Source: Octopus vulgaris (Eukaryota). From it: a stretch of 64,000 bases of DNA. Below the pieces are notes generated by a model. The model searched no databases. It was not told the origin of the DNA and saw only the letters and a list, made by a program, of their open reading frames with translations. Below are positions 1 to 15,302 of this stretch, in pieces. Where the stretch lies: assembly GCA_951406725.2 (NCBI GenBank), contig OX597816.1, positions 124,062,001 through 124,126,000 on the forward strand. Reading direction: 5' to 3'. The position numbers and the translations under genes were made by a program. Position 1 is the first letter of the stretch. Each line of letters begins with the position of its first letter.

Positions 1-960
1 CCACTGAGATCTTATTGTTGTATAGGCATTCACTATCTTCATGTTGGTGTATGCATTTGTTTGATTCTTTGGTAGATACTGATGTGGTGTATCTATGATG
101 TGTGTGTTGTATATAAATATGGGGTTGCATTATTCTGGATGTTAAACTTTAGTATTGAGTTGCTTCTAAGTTTCCCTTTTGTTTCTCAACTTCCTTTAAT
201 GTATCCATTACAAATCGTATATCATCTACATTAATTGGTGTATATTACGTATTTATGAATTGCTGTTATTCTGTTCTCTCATGGGAATAAGTAGAATGCT
301 GCAAACATTGGATGTAAGGAGGAAATCTATGGTCACTTCATCCACCTGTGTGAGTAAATTACCATGTGGGCAGTGAAAAGGTACTTCAGTTGTACATATC
401 TTAAGTAGCTTTTATAATAAATTTGCTGGTATCACAGGTGGCTTTAATTTCAGGTGTTTATATATATTCCTTATTCTGATTTGAATCATTCCTACCACTG
501 AAACATTAGAGTATAAATTTTCTACATCTAACACAAAGATGCTATACCAAAAGTTTTTATTTTTTCTAAAATCTGTAAAAGATTTTGCAGATGACTTAAT
601 ACTATATTTCTTTGGTGTATTTTGTTTAATAATACTGTCTGTCTCTTTGGTTTAGACGTATTCATTTGGGATATTATGGATCTGTCGGGGATTGTTATTT
701 GTGTACTTTTACTGTGCTGGGAAAAATTCTCCTCTGCATGAAAAGTAAGGGGATCATATTTGTGCATTTATTGTTGAAATTTATTTGTTTGATTTTATTT
801 CTATCTGTTTGGTGCTATCTTTCTTGATCTTCATAAATTTGTTTCTGTCTACTTAAATTATTAATTTTTTTATTGCTCTTGACTCTAATCATGATTACAA
901 ACATATTACTTGTCTTAACTCTTTCAGATTTTTACATTGTTGCCTTTTGTTCAGTGCTGT
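1..960 (-). mobile_element. Penelope-like element reverse transcriptase, decayed (continues past window start)
   Basis: Minus-strand translation across frameshifts gives LDVENLYSNVSV (SLDVxSLFTNVP-like), LLKICTTEVPFHCPHG, QVD..., a Y/VDD-like segment, and IPDRSIISQ (PLRPIIS-like). Confidence 0.7.
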
Positions 961-978
961 TTAAAAGTTTCTGACTTA

Positions 979-1403
979 GGTGCAGGAGTGGCTGTATGGT
1001 AAGTAGCTTGCTTACGAACCACATGGTTCTGGGTTCAGTCCAACTGCATGGCACTTTGGGCAAATGTCTTCTACTATATCCTTGAGTCAACCAAAGCTTT
1101 GTGAGTGGATTTGGTTGACAGAAACTGAAGGAAGCCCGTCGTATATATGTATATATATGTATGTATATGTGTGTATGTATGTGTGTGTATACATTTGTGT
1201 GTCTGTGTTTGTCTCCCAACATCGCTTGACAACTGATGCTGGTGTGTTTACGTCCCCGTAACTTAGCGGTTCAGCAAAGGAGACAGATTGAATAAGTATT
1301 AGGTTTACAAAGAACAAGTCCTGGGGTTGATTTGATTCGACAAAAGGCGGTGCTCCAGCATAGCTGCAGTCAAATAACTGAAACAAGTAAAAGAGTAAAG
1401 AGT
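979..1403 (+). mobile_element. tRNA-derived SINE, family A (internal TA/TG microsatellite)
   Basis: A-box-like gtggctgtatggtaag and B-box-like gggttcagtcc; homologous copies near 5590, 10045, 31340 and 54680. Confidence 0.8.
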
Positions 1404-1829
1404 AATATTTGTTAGTTTGTGGAACTTTGTTTTTATTACATTCACCATGAATTTGGTGTTCAAATTTTTTGCTATGTTTTTGCTCCTCAGATTTTTAAAA
1501 ACTTTTAGTATAGAAGCATGATATCATCATTTTTCTTGTTATAGTCATATTTAAGTTTTAGGTGAAAGTTTCTACTGAGGTTGAAGAGTGCAATTTATTC
1601 AATATTTGCGAGTATGCTTTGATAAGTTTGTGAACTTATCCTCTTGAGCAGGTAGAGAGATGTTTCTTTTGTTTAGTTTGCATAGATTTTTGATGTTGTA
1701 GCTTCTAATATGTCTCGAGAGAATATCCTGTATTTTAATACAGGTCCCAAACTGAGATAAAGTACTTGATAAAATACTGAATGAACATGCACTAGTATAA
1801 TGATAATAATAATGATAATGATGATGATA

Positions 1830-2386
1830 ATAATGCCCTGATCCAGTACCAGGCACCGGCTCTCATGGCTTTTGATCTTAACTGATTGGAAGTGTTAACA
1901 TGGACATTGTTTTGTCTTGCTATAAAAGATGGGATATAGCAAATATTATGCTCGATACCACAGATTTGCTTGTCAGTTGTTTGACCGTAACTAGTTGAGC
2001 ATGTTTCTCAGTAGCTGATGATATGTGTATCTCTAATCACGAGCAGAAGTAGTGGGGGAGCATCATAGCCATGTGTTGAAAGGAATTCTTAGAAGTTTGG
2101 ATAATTCACCTTTGGAGACATGAGTGGTTCATTCAACATCCTTAAACAGACCTTATTTAGGGACTTTTTGAGTAGATTGGGCTACTTAACCTAAAGAAAA
2201 TTCTAACTGGGCCTCCACCTGTAAGGTCATGTACCCCATCTGCAAGATCACCATGTCATGCACATATGGCTGTGATGCATGTGCCGGGTGTACCCTTATC
2301 AGACAAGTTGTCATGATGGGTATAGAGGGCTTCATATATTTTACCCCAGTATCACTTTGATGGCATGCGCTGCTCTCTCACTCAAT
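1830..2386 (-). repeat. Interspersed repeat (SINE-like), bounded by AAT/GAT microsatellites
   Basis: Complex sequence block flanked by trinucleotide tracts; family assignment is by recollection only. Confidence 0.4.
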
Positions 2387-3555
2387 GCTACTACTACTAA
2401 TAATGATACTAATAATAATAATAACAGCAACAACAACAGCACCCCACTTAATGAGATTGTAACTACTTTGCATCTAAGTACCAAGTCTTACTATTCATAG
2501 AATGCTACTCTGTGAGATCTTTGACAAGAGGTTGCTGTCGGCTCTCACAAAATTAAATGAAGCAAGTAAGGCAAGAGCTCTGAGAAATAAAATTTAATAA
2601 TAATGATGATGACAATGATGATGATGATGATGATATTAATAATAATTATAACAACAACAACAACAGCAATAATAATAATAATGTGCAGGTGTGTGCACGT
2701 GTAGGTAAGTGTGTGTGTGTAAAGAGGGATTTTAATGGTAGGATGGTTAATTGGCTAGCTAGTTAGACATAAGCAGGAATGTGGCTCTTGAGAAATAGTG
2801 AATAAGTAAAATATTGGTGAAAACGTAGTGTAGAAATTAGAAAAATGAATTATTAGAGTATTAACATGGCAACAGTTCTATTAACAGAATGGAAATATAT
2901 ATATATAGAGGGCACTCTACATATATTTTTGTTAATCTCAATTTTGTTAATTTCAGCAATGCCTCAGGTGTTGTGAAATAAGATGAACTAGAAGAGATAG
3001 CAGCCACATATCATTAGTTACAGAATTTTCTACTGTCAAGTATTCAAGCCAGTACTTTTACCTCCTCAACAGCTTACTCTACCACTTTATTCCTGTATGG
3101 TGTTGATGGAATTGTGATAGGGTTTGAACTATTCTAGCTTAAAACATCAGTGAAAAAATTCTCAGATAATCTATGGAAGCTTATTTCCATTTTAAGCAAA
3201 TCTTTACCACAATGTTGTCACAAAATGTCACAACACTTTCAGGATTGCTTGTGGCATTTTGCAAAGTCTATGTGAAAGGGAATTGGATTTTTTTTTTCAA
3301 TTATTTTTGGATTGATGTACGCATTGGCATACATTTTCTGACAAATTCACGAAGCACACGTATAAATATTTATATGCTAGCTTATAAATACATGCCCATT
3401 AACAAATGTATATATACATACATATACATACATATATACATACACATATATATATATACAGATAGATGGATAGATAAATACATACATACAAACATACAAT
3501 CACACATGTGCGTATGTACATTTGTATATATATATTTCTACATAAATACATACAT

Positions 3556-3615
<60 letters not shown>

Positions 3616-3719
3616 GTACACACACATATACATACATACACACATACACATGTGTGTGTGTGTGTATATGTATGTTTATGGAAAAATACCTCTTTTAGAT
3701 CTCTATTGAAAACGTGATT

Positions 3720-4600
3720 TTTGTTTCTAATTTTTTTATATACTTTATTAGAGCTCCTTGCAGTTTATTTTGATGAGTTACGTTCCTAAATCCATTATCG
3801 ACATTTTTAGCCCTTCATAATTTCAAATTCAGGTTGAAGTGTAGTTGCTGACTGTTGCTAACTCATGGTGGTAGGCAAGGCCAATATGATTGGTGTAAAC
3901 ATTACCCAGTGAACTTGAATTTTGACAGATTTATGTCATGAGGCTGGTGTTATTTTTGTTTTATGTTTAGCAAACATTAACATTGTGTGCTTTGTGGGAC
4001 ATTGTGATATGTTACACTTTATGTATTTTCAAGTTTACAAGCCTCTGTAGTATATAGCGTAAACATATAGTATAAACAATCAAATATCATGCTATCTTTC
4101 TAACTCTTGGAGCAGTTCACATGAAATTTTTAGTCCCATAAAGCCATCTTGGTGCATAAGTCAATGTATCATTTTGGTTGTAAATTTTAGTCTAAAAAAT
4201 TTCACTTGAATGCTGGAAAATACATTACTTCCATTATTAATCCTCTATGTTGGTAAGGAATTCTTTAGTATTTAGATGTGCTGTCCATTAATGTTTTTCT
4301 ATCTAGTTTTGCTGTTTATGGTGCAGTGTACTTATACTGTAGCTGAACCTTGTTATAAGGGAATGGTGAACTGAGAAGAAAGTCTAGTACTTGTATGTTG
4401 TAAAATCAGTCATTTGTAGGCTGCTCTTGAGTTTACACACTTGTAATTTGTTAGTGATAAGGCTTGTAATTTTAGAGTGTTAATGGTATGTTATTTGTAT
4501 TTAAAGTTTGGTGTAATACGAACAATGGAATGGGAGAGTATATTAGCAAAAGCCTTATAAAAGAGAAGACATAATGCATTATGCTATTAAATAGCGTATA
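3720..4600 (-). mobile_element. Possible highly decayed PLE GIY-YIG endonuclease remnant
   Basis: Weak resemblance to Y-x-C...YIG spacing (VHCTINSKTR...GQ/ST); many stops. Confidence 0.3.
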
Positions 4601-4666
4601 TTGTAAGAAGCCCATTTCTAATTCTTTTTCTCCTTATATATGTACACACATAGGTGGTGTAATATA

Positions 4667-5543
4667 CAAGGTGGTATCAAAAAGTTCCTGGATTACTTCT
4701 GTAGCATGCCAACAGATGGCAGCACATGATTGCATGCACAGTGAAAGCTAGCAGTGATGTTCCCGAGGCAGTATGCCAAGTGACATTGTTTTGTTTACTT
4801 CATAAGTTGTGAAATTTGTGTTTTTTGTGATTAGATGTATGCTGCATGAACAAAGAGCTAGCGCAAAATTTTGCATTAAACTTGGAAAGTCTGCTACAGA
4901 GAAATTGAGCATGTTTCAGCAAGTTCACAGCGACAAGGCAATTGACTGTATGCAATGTTCTGAGTGGCACAGGTGCTTCAAAAATGGAAGAACATCTCTA
5001 AAAGATGATGAGTGATCTGGAAGAACTGCCACAAGTGTCACCCCCAGAAATGTGGTATTGTGCATTGTAAATTTATCCTTTAGGGCAGACCAGCAATCAA
5101 GAGTTCTACTGTGGCATTTTGAAGCATTTGAAGGAGGCCATTTGGCAAAAGTGACTGGATCTGTGGAGTGCAAAGAACTGCATTCTTCATGGTGAAAATG
5201 CATCGCCACCAAGCTCTCCTCACTTGTGAGTTTCTTATCCAAAACAACATGGTATCACTTCTGCACCCACCCTATTCACCAGATTTAGCACCTGCAGGCT
5301 TCCATCTCTTCCCCAAGATGAAAATGCAGCTCAAAGGTTACTGTTTTTACAAGATCCAGAATGAATTGCAAAAGGTCCTCAACTCGCTTACGAAAAATGA
5401 CTTCCAGGCCAGATTCCGAAAGGGACAGGAAGGCTGGTACCAGTGTATTGCTGCACAAGGTGACTATTTCGAATGAGATAATAATGAAATAAATTATCTT
5501 TTATTAAAGATAACTAGTCTGGGAACATTTTAATACCACCTCG
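4667..5543 (+). mobile_element. Mariner transposon, internally deleted
   Basis: Imperfect TIRs caaggtggtatcaaaaagttcc / ggaacattttaataccacctcg flanked by TA; HTH EQRASAKFCIKLGKSATE; HPPYSPDLAPAGFHLF. Confidence 0.92.
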
Positions 5544-5591
5544 TACATATATTCATGTATGTAAGTATCTATATATGGAGATATTCTTATA

Positions 5592-5790
5592 TTCTTTTGT
5601 TTCAGTCATTTGAATGCAGCCATGTTGGAGCACTGCCTTTAGTTGAGCAAATCGACCCCAGGACTTATTTTTTGTAAGCCTGGTACTTATTCTATCAGTC
5701 TCTTTTGCCAAACCGCTAAGTTATGGGGGTTGTAAACACAGCAGCATCGGTTCTCAAGTGATGTAGGAGGGACAAACACAGACACACAAA
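5592..5790 (-). mobile_element. SINE family A, 3' half
   Basis: Reverse complement of 1200-1400. Confidence 0.75.
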
Positions 5791-5796
5791 TATATC

Positions 5797-5831
<35 letters not shown>

Positions 5832-5986
5832 TTATCTATATATATATTTATTTATTTATTTATTTATATATATATATGTATATACATATATATAGGGAGA
5901 ATTCACAAAAAGAAAACAAAAGACAAAGACAGGTGGTGTAGAAAACAAACAGATGTATTATTATAATGCTCAGGAATTGAAAATGT

Positions 5987-6022
5987 CTTTAATGTTTCAA
6001 TCCTATGCTCTTCCACAGAAAA
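5987..6022 (-). ncRNA. Degenerate minimal hammerhead motif (family H1)
   Basis: Minus strand tttt CTGTGGA A GAGC atag GATT GAAA CA TT aaag; homologous to 21915 and 44686. Confidence 0.45.
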
Positions 6023-6124
6023 GAACACAGAAAGAAACCAGGAGAGAAACAAGGAGAGAAATATATATATATATGCAATTATAATATGACAATGTTTGAC
6101 ACACACACATATATATATATATAT

Positions 6125-6271
6125 GGTTGGCGTTAGGAAGGGCATCCTGCGGTAGAAACTCTGCCAGATCAAGATTGAAGCCTGGTGCAGCCATCTGGTT
6201 CGCCAGCCTTCAGTCATTCGTCTAACCCATGCTAGCATGGAAAGTGTACGTTAAACAATGATGATGATGAT
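6125..6271 (+). mobile_element. Short 3' tail of RTE-associated repeat ending in (GAT)n
   Basis: ggttggcgttaggaagggcatcc...catgctagcatggaaag...gatgatg matches the tails at 43560 and 60960. Confidence 0.75.
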
Positions 6272-7549
6272 GTATATGTTATTATAATACGGCACTGTAC
6301 CTGAAGAGACCTACTAGCAAATCTTGTAAACTTAGCCTGCAATGTAAACAGACATTTTAACTGTAATTTTGCCCCATTTCTATTTCTTTTTCTCTACCCT
6401 CTCTTATTACCTTTACTTCCCTCCAGTAAAGGATATCACCAAAAGTGTTAGATCCTTTTCTCTTATTTTATTTGGTGTATTTATTTTCATCATTCACATT
6501 CTTCATTCGATATTGTTTCATTACTGTTTTGCCCCCTTTTCACCACAACTCATCTAACCTTATACATTATTTGTTTGTTTTTCTTGTCATTACTTTCTAA
6601 TCTTCCTCATTTTACTAGTGAGTGATTTTTTATTGACTTACATTCTTATGCTTACATAGAACAAATAATTGCTATTACTTCACAGATTAACAATTCCAAT
6701 ATAGAACATATATGATATACATAGACACACTCACTCAAATGTATATATGTATATGTGTGTGTGTGTGTGCATATGTGTGTGTGTATACTTATTTATATAC
6801 ACATGTATACACACACACACATATATACAAATATTGCATGTGCTAGTGATTTGCTGTGTGTGTATGTACACATACACATGCATATACACATATATAGCAA
6901 TCTTTTGGATCTCTTATGTGTATATATATATATATATATACACATATATGCATGTGTGTGTGAGTGTACATGCACACACACATCATGTCACTAGCACATA
7001 CAGCAGTCAATCAGAATGTTAAATGTTATAGGTATGACCCAAAAGGTTTTACCTTATGTCCCCGATTGTTTAATGGCTTGAAATCTAATTCATCTTTGCT
7101 ATAAACAGCAAGTTATATAATTTTCGCTTTTGTTGTAGACTTATTTTGGTAGCGTATTTTTTTTTGTTTTTGAGTTTCAAACCTCTATGGAGAACACATA
7201 ATGAAGCATTATAATGTCATAAAGTTCATTCCACTAGAATAATTTTAAATTCAATTTCCCCAAATATTTGGGTCTCTTGGAAAACACTAAAGAATTTATC
7301 TACAGGAAATATATTTAAAGGAAGTTAGGATGGTGGAACCAATTCCTCATAAAGATTATAGCAAAGCAAGACATATTTGTAAAGATTCTTACCTATCTAA
7401 TGAACATTTTCTAAGGCCTCTGTCATTCAAATTCTGTTGGAAAAAGATGGGAAAACTTCAGTCATTGAAACTGTAGACTTGAAACTAAACTGGGCTTTGT
7501 TTGGGGTTTGATATCATGATTCGTTGCAAGAATGTAACTAGAAAAATTG

Positions 7550-8102
7550 GGGGAGAAGTTTTAAGGAATGTTAATTCTTCAGTAAGTCTGTAGGTAAGAT
7601 ACAATTCAGTTATACCTCTTGACATATTTGAATAAAGCCAATGTCATCGGTGACAGACAATCATGAGTAGATTGAACAAAATACCTTGACTCCCAAGACA
7701 CAAGCAGGTAGGTATTGCTGTTCATAAGCATTTTGTTTATCCCTGTATTCTGGGATTAAAAATGACTTACTCCTGCAATTCAGAATATGCTGTATAATTT
7801 ATAGAAGTTTTTCCTACCTTATTTCTTATAAATAATGAATAGGTAAGTAGCTATGCCCTAACTTCCTATCTGTTTGAAGATCACAATCTTATTATAGAAG
7901 AGGAAAAGGATGCACATTGCACATAAGGAAAATTAGGTTATCTAAGCTCTGAATACAAACACCTATACATATGACACCTATAATTTGAAGATTGTCCCAT
8001 TTGATAACTATGATTTGAACATATCCCAGTTTGAGCATAAGAAATTATGCTAAGCCTATATGCCTATTTGTATAAGTATATTCATGAGTCTATACATATA
8101 TA

Positions 8103-8135
<33 letters not shown>

Positions 8136-8149
8136 ATATATATATATTT

Positions 8150-8183
<34 letters not shown>

Positions 8184-8266
8184 GTATGTATATGCATATA
8201 TATTTGTATGTACGTATGTATGTATATGCATATATATGTATATATATATATGTATATATACATATG

Positions 8267-8300
<34 letters not shown>

Positions 8301-9330
8301 CATGTATGTATATCTTGTGATATTTACATTCCACCGAAAGATACATACACGCAAATACACACAGGTTTACAGCAGTCATTCAGACATATATATATATATA
8401 TATATATATGCACTGATGACCATATATTATGTAGATGGCAGTAAGCAACAAATCCCTCACCATTGTTTGAATGATAGGGCATTTGGAAAGAGAACAAAGA
8501 GAGTAGTTCACTAAAAGACACCAGAGATGAGTATTAGAAGCTTATAATAAAAAAAAGAACACACACACATGCTTGGCAGCATAGTTTTCCTTGAATCAGC
8601 AAAATGTTTGTACATAAGTCTTACACTATCTATTCTATATCATTGTTTTTGACAATAATCCACAGCGTTAGTGAAACTAATCTAAGTATATACAGTGTCA
8701 ATTTTTCACCATCTGAATGCTTCCATTTCAGAATTTCATTATTGAATGTGAAAGGTGTTACTAGCACTGATTGTCACTGGACAGTGGATAGAGTTTTCTA
8801 TGCTAGAAATTTAAAGTGGATGCAGATCAATGAAATTTAACAAGTAGTGACAATGAATAGCTTAAATGTATGACTGAAATTTTCTCTGAACTTTTTCTTA
8901 CTCATAGCAGCTATTTCTTCTTCTTTTTTTTTCCCCTTGATAGTCTCAGTAAATAATCCAAAAGTCCCGGTGCAAATTTATCAACAGTTTAAATATAGCA
9001 GTATAAAAGATTATGTTACCCAAGAAGATTCTTGAGACCAGCAACAAAACAATGCTTGAAAGTCATTGAAGAATTATTGGATGTTGGAATTATTTTGCAT
9101 ATTTTCAATCAGCAGCAAAACAATTACTCAAACTAGTTCAAAGAAAGAGACAGTAGCAAGAATTATATACAGCAAGAAATATTTCCATGTATTATCACTG
9201 CAGTCAACATTGGCATTACATACAGATCACAGATTCTTTTCCATTGATGTTCTTGGAGGATCTGGTAAAACATATTAGTATAATATGCTTATTGGCTGCT
9301 TGAAGCAATGAGGAAAACTGTTCTCTGCTT
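7550..9330 (+). mobile_element. Helitron RepHel relic interrupted by a microsatellite
   Basis: SECFHFRISLLNVKGVTSTDCHWTVDRVFY (cf. ERFYLRLLLLHVKGPTSFEDLRTV) and PIF1 motif I-like FFSIDVLGGSGKTY. Confidence 0.7.
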
Positions 9331-10044
9331 TGTAATCATAGGAATAAATGTAGTTTTGTGAGATTTGTGACAGCAGATTTAGACTTTCTATCATTAACTG
9401 GATCCACCAACATTCTCTGTGAAAACTCCTTCCTTTGACTAAATATATCCTCTAAGATTCTCTATAATTGCAGAAACATCTATACTATTTGCTGGTGCTC
9501 TTAGAATAATTGATATACTCCTAAATACGATAAGGAGAAATAACAAAGAGAACGAAAACAGATTTACATTTTAAGCTTCAGAAGTCTTGCCTATTTTTGC
9601 AGTTCTGTTTACAGATTGTATTTCTAATACATATGTTAGCTAATTGATTCCTCTTTTCTGAAAACTTCCGCCTTTCAAGATAGTTACTTTGGCATTTACT
9701 TGCTAAAATGAGTAAAACCAATTATTACTGGTATAGATGTGAATTTATAATTTGGGTATAGAAGCTGGCTATAAAAGGTTTCAAAGCAGATGTTTATAGT
9801 TATCCTCCTTCTCTTTAATCTTTGAAGAGTTATTCACATCAGTAGGGCAACTGACCTCTGTGGTGACACATACATTTTTCTTCTCTGTCCCAGACAACTA
9901 TATCTGGCTTATTATGTTTACACTTGGTAGAGGTTTTGATGGAAGTCTTCCTCCAATACTCATTATATTAATGTTTACATATCTATTCAATAACATGGAC
10001 GGGGTTCTCTATATCTACCTCAGGACAGTCTTTCTATATTTTTA

Positions 10045-10443
10045 TGTGGTTGTATGGTAAGAAGCTTGCTTCTCAACCACATGGTACCAGGTTCAGTTCC
10101 TATGTGTGGCACCTTGGGCAAGTGTCTTCTACTATAGCCTCGGGTTGACAAAAGCCTTGGTAGACAGAAACTGGAAGAAGCCCATCGTATATATTTATAT
10201 ATATATATATGTATACATTGGTGTGTCTGTGTTTGTCACCCCACACTATCGTTTGACAACCGATGGTGGTGTGTTTACATCCCTGTAATTTAGTGGTTTG
10301 GGAAAAGAGGCCAATAGAATAAGTACTAGGCTTACAAGGAATAAATCCTGGGGTTGATTTGTTTGACTAAAACCCTTCAAGGCAGTGCTCCAGCATGACT
10401 GCAGTCTAATGACTGAAACAAGTAAAAGATTAAAAGAATAAAA
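10045..10443 (+). mobile_element. SINE family A
   Basis: Homologous to 979-1403. Confidence 0.8.
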
Positions 10444-10444
10444 G

Positions 10445-10478
10445 TATATGTATGCATGCAAGCATACATGTATGTATG

Positions 10479-10514
<36 letters not shown>

Positions 10515-10626
10515 GTATATACGTATAAATATATGAATATATGTATATGTGCATATATATATACATACATATATATACATATACTTGTACATATATACGT
10601 ATAAATATATGAATATATATTTATAC

Positions 10627-10669
<43 letters not shown>

Positions 10670-10727
10670 GATAGATAGATAGATAGATGCAAGTGCACAC
10701 TTAGACACACAGTGGTATGGTATTATA

Positions 10728-10764
<37 letters not shown>

Positions 10765-12354
10765 AAATACATATATGTATATATACATGTATATATATAT
10801 ATATGTATAGCTATATAACTGTTGAAATATTATCTTTAAGATTGTGTGATAGCACTAATGTTTACAAATATAAATTTTTTAAATTCAAATGTAATGATTC
10901 TCATATTTCATCTATTTGTCCATGTATCTACCTGTCTGTCTGTGTGTCTCTATTTTCAATCTTTCTGTCTGTCCATACACACACCCACATGCACACACAC
11001 ACACACATGCACACACACACATTCATACATACACAAATACACCCGTAGACACATACATGCATGCATAAACACATATATACATATATATACATATACACAC
11101 ATACGTACTAACATATCTACATACATAAATACATACATATACCCACACATACATCCATATACACATACATATATATATACATACATACAAATATACATAC
11201 ATACACACAGATACATACATACATGCATACATATAACCATATATGAATAAACACATACATATGCACATACATACATGTAAACATGTATACGCACATATAT
11301 GCATACATACATATATACATACATACAACAATATGTATACATACAAACATGCATACATACACCCACATACAAGCATATATGCATAAACACATACACATAG
11401 ACACATATACTGACAGATATCCAATGTTTTGATGATGTCAAATGATAAGTTTATTATTGTTTTTGTTCCTTTGATTTAAAAGTCATATTCGACTTCTTTG
11501 AATAGTCTTGTGTCATGAATTATATAGTTGAGAACAGAAATAGTGCAGCAATACGATCCAATATCACATCACAGCTACACAATGCCTTATAATAGAGAAA
11601 GACAGAAAGTTGAAAAGAAATAAAGTGAATACAGCACCCGTAGTTCTAACAGGCTATTATCCTTCCATTAATGCGTCTTCTTATTTCAGCATTGTAAAAA
11701 CACCAGATTTCTCTGAAAGAAATGAAATAAAACAAAAGCTTATAAACACACACATACATATGCACACACATGCACATATACACATGTGCATACAAATATT
11801 TACTCTCTCATATGGTATTATAAAATGCATGTATTATATCATATACACACACTTAAATCTACGTATACACATGCACATATACATGCTCACAGAAATTATG
11901 CACACAACAGGATATTGCATATACACATATATACACATATATGCACCATATGCACACTGTATATTTCCTAATATGCTCATACATATATGTACATTAGCAC
12001 ATTGTGCATACACACAATTAGGGAGACATTTGTATGATACTGCATAGACATATGCAGCACACACTTGCATTTACATCAATACTTCTCAACATACATATGC
12101 AGATAGATGCAGGTGCACACTTATGCACATAGTGGTATGCTATTGCAAGATACATCTCACACATAAATGCTTGCCCTTGCACCAACAAGTCTTTATGCAA
12201 ACACACACATGCATACAAGTAGACACAGATATACATACATATATATATGTATATATATATATATATATATATAAACATTGGATATCTGTCAATATATGTG
12301 TCTATGTGCATGTGTTTATGCATATATGCTTGTATGTATGTATGTGTGTTTGTT

Positions 12355-12391
<37 letters not shown>

Positions 12392-13541
12392 GTGTATATA
12401 TATGTATATACATATGTGTATATATGAGTGTGTGTGTGTGTATGTATGTATGTATATATAAACAGACATATGCACACAGTGATGTACATTATTTTAGAAT
12501 TATATTGTATACAGACATCTCCCACCATCACTTGTACATGTCTCAAAATATCTTCACATCTATATACACACAGACAGGTAGAACAGGTGCATGCACACAC
12601 ATGCACACATGTACATGTTTATGTGCATACATATATATTTTCAGTCAACCCTGTTACATACAGTGTTACATTCACGCTCACACTCACGTTTGCACTTACC
12701 CTCCTCCTCGTACATCCTATCAAGTTACATAAGCACAAAGGAGCTCAGTAGGGAACTTTTGTCTATGTGGTTACTAATCTACTAGAAATAGCAGTCAAAT
12801 CTCCCTTATATCACACTGCCTCCTTAACAAAAAGAACACATTGGGTAATGTAGTTCTGTTTTTGGAGTTTATTTTTCTCTGTACAGAGAAAAGACTGAGT
12901 GGTCATGGTTGGAATGCTTCTGATCATGGATTTGCTCAGTCATGACCGACCTGGGGCTAAACAACATCAATAAGTTATAAAGACTTATTGATACATATGC
13001 CTTTATCTACACAAAAACACAAAAATTTCACTCATTCAGCTACAGTTATGTACATATATTACACAACGAGTACACACTCTTACTACATCCATTAAATGCA
13101 CTAATATACATAACACTAACACACACACAGACACAGACACACACACATACATACTTGAAAGCTATATCCAACAGTAACTATGTACGCATACTAATATTAA
13201 CATACACATACAGTTGCTTGTACACATGCACTTACACATACTGCATAATAGAGATAAACATACAAAATAATACTCATTAATAGATGCAGATTCTCTTACA
13301 AGCTCCCATCTATTACATAACAAATGCATATGCTACACAGAGCACACATATTGCATAATATAATACACATATATTACATAACAGACATAGATATTACATA
13401 ACGCACATGCATATATTTCACATAATGAATACATACATATTATATAACATACGCAGGTATGTCACACAACAAACATACATATATAGCAAATACACATGTG
13501 TATATAAATATCGCATAATAAACACATATAACATAAAGAAC

Positions 13542-13583
<42 letters not shown>

Positions 13584-13705
13584 GTATGTATCATCATCAT
13601 CTCCATCATCCTTTAAAGTTCTTTTTCCATGCTGGCATGGGTTGGACAATTCGACAGCATGGAAAACAGACATATACACACATGCACGCACACACACACA
13701 CACAT

Positions 13706-13746
<41 letters not shown>

Positions 13747-13771
13747 TATATACATACACACACACATATAT

Positions 13772-13802
<31 letters not shown>

Positions 13803-14110
13803 CACATATATATCTATACATACAGACTTAAACACACACACATATATATATATATATACACATACTCTCACACACACACCTATCCCACCTCACATCCACA
13901 CATATGCAACATGCATACTTGAAACACATGCACATGCACAGACATCTATATTCAAAAGCAATTATGCATACACAGAATATAACATAAATTCACTGACATG
14001 TTCACACACATACACAACACAAGGCACATGCATGCACACATGCAAACACACATGCGTGAACACACACACACACAGCATACACACACACACAGCATACACA
14101 CACACACACA
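10445..14110. repeat. Extended degenerate (TA)n/(CA)n/(CATA)n microsatellite field
   Basis: Direct reading; source of many spurious ORFs. Confidence 0.85.
12750..12966 (+). repeat. Short interspersed repeat family D (ctagaaatagcag...ctggggctaaacaac)
   Basis: Related copies near 17755-18060 (-), 21345-21545 (+) and 61590-61760. Confidence 0.55.
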
Positions 14111-14480
14111 AACACTTTGCAAAGTAATGTTAGACATTAGTCAGACATTTCAACAGTAATGTGAGGTTGGTTTAATATTATTTGGGATTTTTTAATATCA
14201 AAATCTTGTTATGTTTGTTGTTATTGTTGTGTGCCTTTATGTGAGTTTTGTCTTTTTTTCTTTTACACATATTGCAAAAAGACAAAAACAAAACCCTCAA
14301 AACAACTGTAGCAGCAGCAGCAGCAGCAGTAGAAGACTGAGCAGTAGAAAGGAGCAGAAGAAAGAAAAGCACAATAAAACCAATAAAAAATGAGTACAGC
14401 AAAAATAAAGGCAAACAATCAGGGAAACAACTGATATAAAACTGGGTGTGTATAATAATACTAACAAAAATAATAATAAC

Positions 14481-14529
<49 letters not shown>

Positions 14530-15302
14530 GTAAAAGCGGAGGGAGACCAGATCCATTGATTCATTACACCACCAAAATATATCAAAGGGAATTAACTCTT
14601 GCTGTTTATTAGCGCTTAGCTCTAATACCTCATTAACGAAGTTATTATTCTAGAGAAAATTGTTATTTATTTATTATTTATTATTATTTTATCTTGCTAT
14701 TGGATGATATTCATGTTTGCTTCAATATCTTTTTTGAACTGAGATTGTTTTATTATATTTTTTAATTATCTATGTTTGTTATAGTGAAATTTATGATAGG
14801 CTATTATTTTAATTTTTTAGAAATTTTTTTTTCACTTCCTTTGAAAAGAATTGTAATTTAGAATATAAAAAAAATTAAGGTAAATTGGTAGAGAAAAAAA
14901 AAGAAAGAAAGCAATCATCTTTATTGGATAATGAAATTTTTAATATTTTTGGTAGGCGGTATTTGATTTATTTATATTTTTTACTTGATATTCTATTTTA
15001 TTTTTATACAACCCACAAAGTTTACAACTGCTTGGCCTCTCAAACACTGATCAACTATCCTAGCAATCTCATATCCACAACATATCAAACACTTCATCTC
15101 AAAGACTAGTCTTCATCAACAGGAACAGGAAACATTTCAGTTAGCGCCAGTTAATAACTCCCTACTAAATGCAAGTGCTTCTCACATTAAAATATTACTC
15201 CCATATGTGGGACACCAGTACTGCTGTCATAAACAGGTAAGAGCCGAAACTGGACCAAGCAAGCCAATAGGCATGAGTCTACATTTTGTATAGAAAGGAA
15301 AG

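Noticed and set aside
6292-6330. gtac CTGAAGA gacc as a hammerhead start
   Set aside because: No matching GAAA or stem partner found downstream in this copy
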